From: the human T2T-CHM13v2.0 reference genome, Homo sapiens
NCBI RefSeq assembly: GCF_009914755.1
Contig: NC_060930.1
Reading direction: 5' to 3' (one strand)
Length of the DNA: 64,000 nt
In this document: piece after piece, positions 62,803-64,000 of the stretch
Position numbering within the stretch: position 1 is the first letter of the stretch
Layout of the letters: each line of letters starts with the position of its first letter
Notes under the pieces: model-generated
Databases searched by the model: none
What the model saw: the letters and a program-made list of their open reading frames with translations, nothing else
What the model was told of the DNA's origin: nothing
Translations under genes and position numbers: made by a program

Positions 62803-63658
62803 TTCACGGTCGTTTTTTGTGGGAGAGTCAGTCCAATACAAGCTATCCGTTCATAGGTGGAAGTAGAAGTTTCCCATTTCTTAATTTCTAGGAAAAATAA
62901 TATGTTGTCAGAAGTCTGCATTATGTGAAGGGAATATTCTTTCTCTCCTGTGCAAGTACGGAAGGCGTCTTGTGATGCTTGTGTCTTCCCAGCCTCATTG
63001 CTTTATTTGACATTTGCCTTTAAGCAGATTTGAAGACTTCTCACAATTTGGTCACAGATTCTGTAATTTTCCATCAGTCCCTGAGGACCTGAAGTTCCTC
63101 AAACTGATCTCTGGGGAACAGAATGATTTTCCTTGGCTGCTTAGAGGCTGGGAGTGTGGTTATGGCAGCAGTAGATGCTGCTCCAAGAGTGGGCAGGGGT
63201 TAGCCTTGAAGAAGCCACTAGGATAAAATATGGGTTTGTGTCATCCAAAGCTCAATGAGGAAAACTGGCTAAAATAAATAATTCCCTCTTAAGATATGGC
63301 TGTTGACATGCCCAGGGAAATGGTTTCCATAGGAAACAATAAAAATAGCACTATTTTTAAACTGGGAAGGAATGGCACTTAGGTATCCAGATTTTAAAAT
63401 AATATTGAATAACAGGAAATGTTGAAAGATTCAGCTATTTTGGTTTGACAGCATCTCTTTTTGCATTCCTCCTATTCTGGAGAAATGGAGAAGAGATAGT
63501 TCTTCATGTCCTCCATATACTTGAAAGAAATGTCAAAATGTCTTTAACCTTTTCTACGGGATAAAAATGGAAAATTCTGACACTGCAATCAGATGTTTCC
63601 ATTTTTTGTCTATTGAGAGCTTTTCTTCAGTTGTTGAGAATTCTTTCAGTACACTTAG

Positions 63659-64000
<342 letters not shown>

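Overview
Primate (most likely human) genomic DNA at the TMEM242 locus (6q25.3 in human). The first three coding exons of TMEM242 lie on the minus strand (31486-31399, 30792-30692, 26906-26769; 109 codons, all GT-AG introns). They sit under a CpG-island promoter at about 31-32.2 kb, and the last exon is outside the window. Intron 3 holds a very large 34-bp tandem repeat (at least 22.3 kb, about 655 units, running off the window start) with kb-scale higher-order duplications. Read on the transcribed strand, nearly every unit is a consensus 5' splice donor (TAG/CAG/CGG|GTGAGY). On the other strand the same bases form a metal-response-element core (TGCRCTC). The array starts right at the end of what looks like a cryptic exon. 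The remaining sequence is intronic or intergenic and rich in Alu, L1, L2, MIR, MaLR LTR, Charlie and Tigger1 elements. It also holds several short templated copies, including a 94-bp segment copied from 32 kb away between 12-bp direct repeats. Repeat subfamilies and boundaries were called by eye and are approximate.
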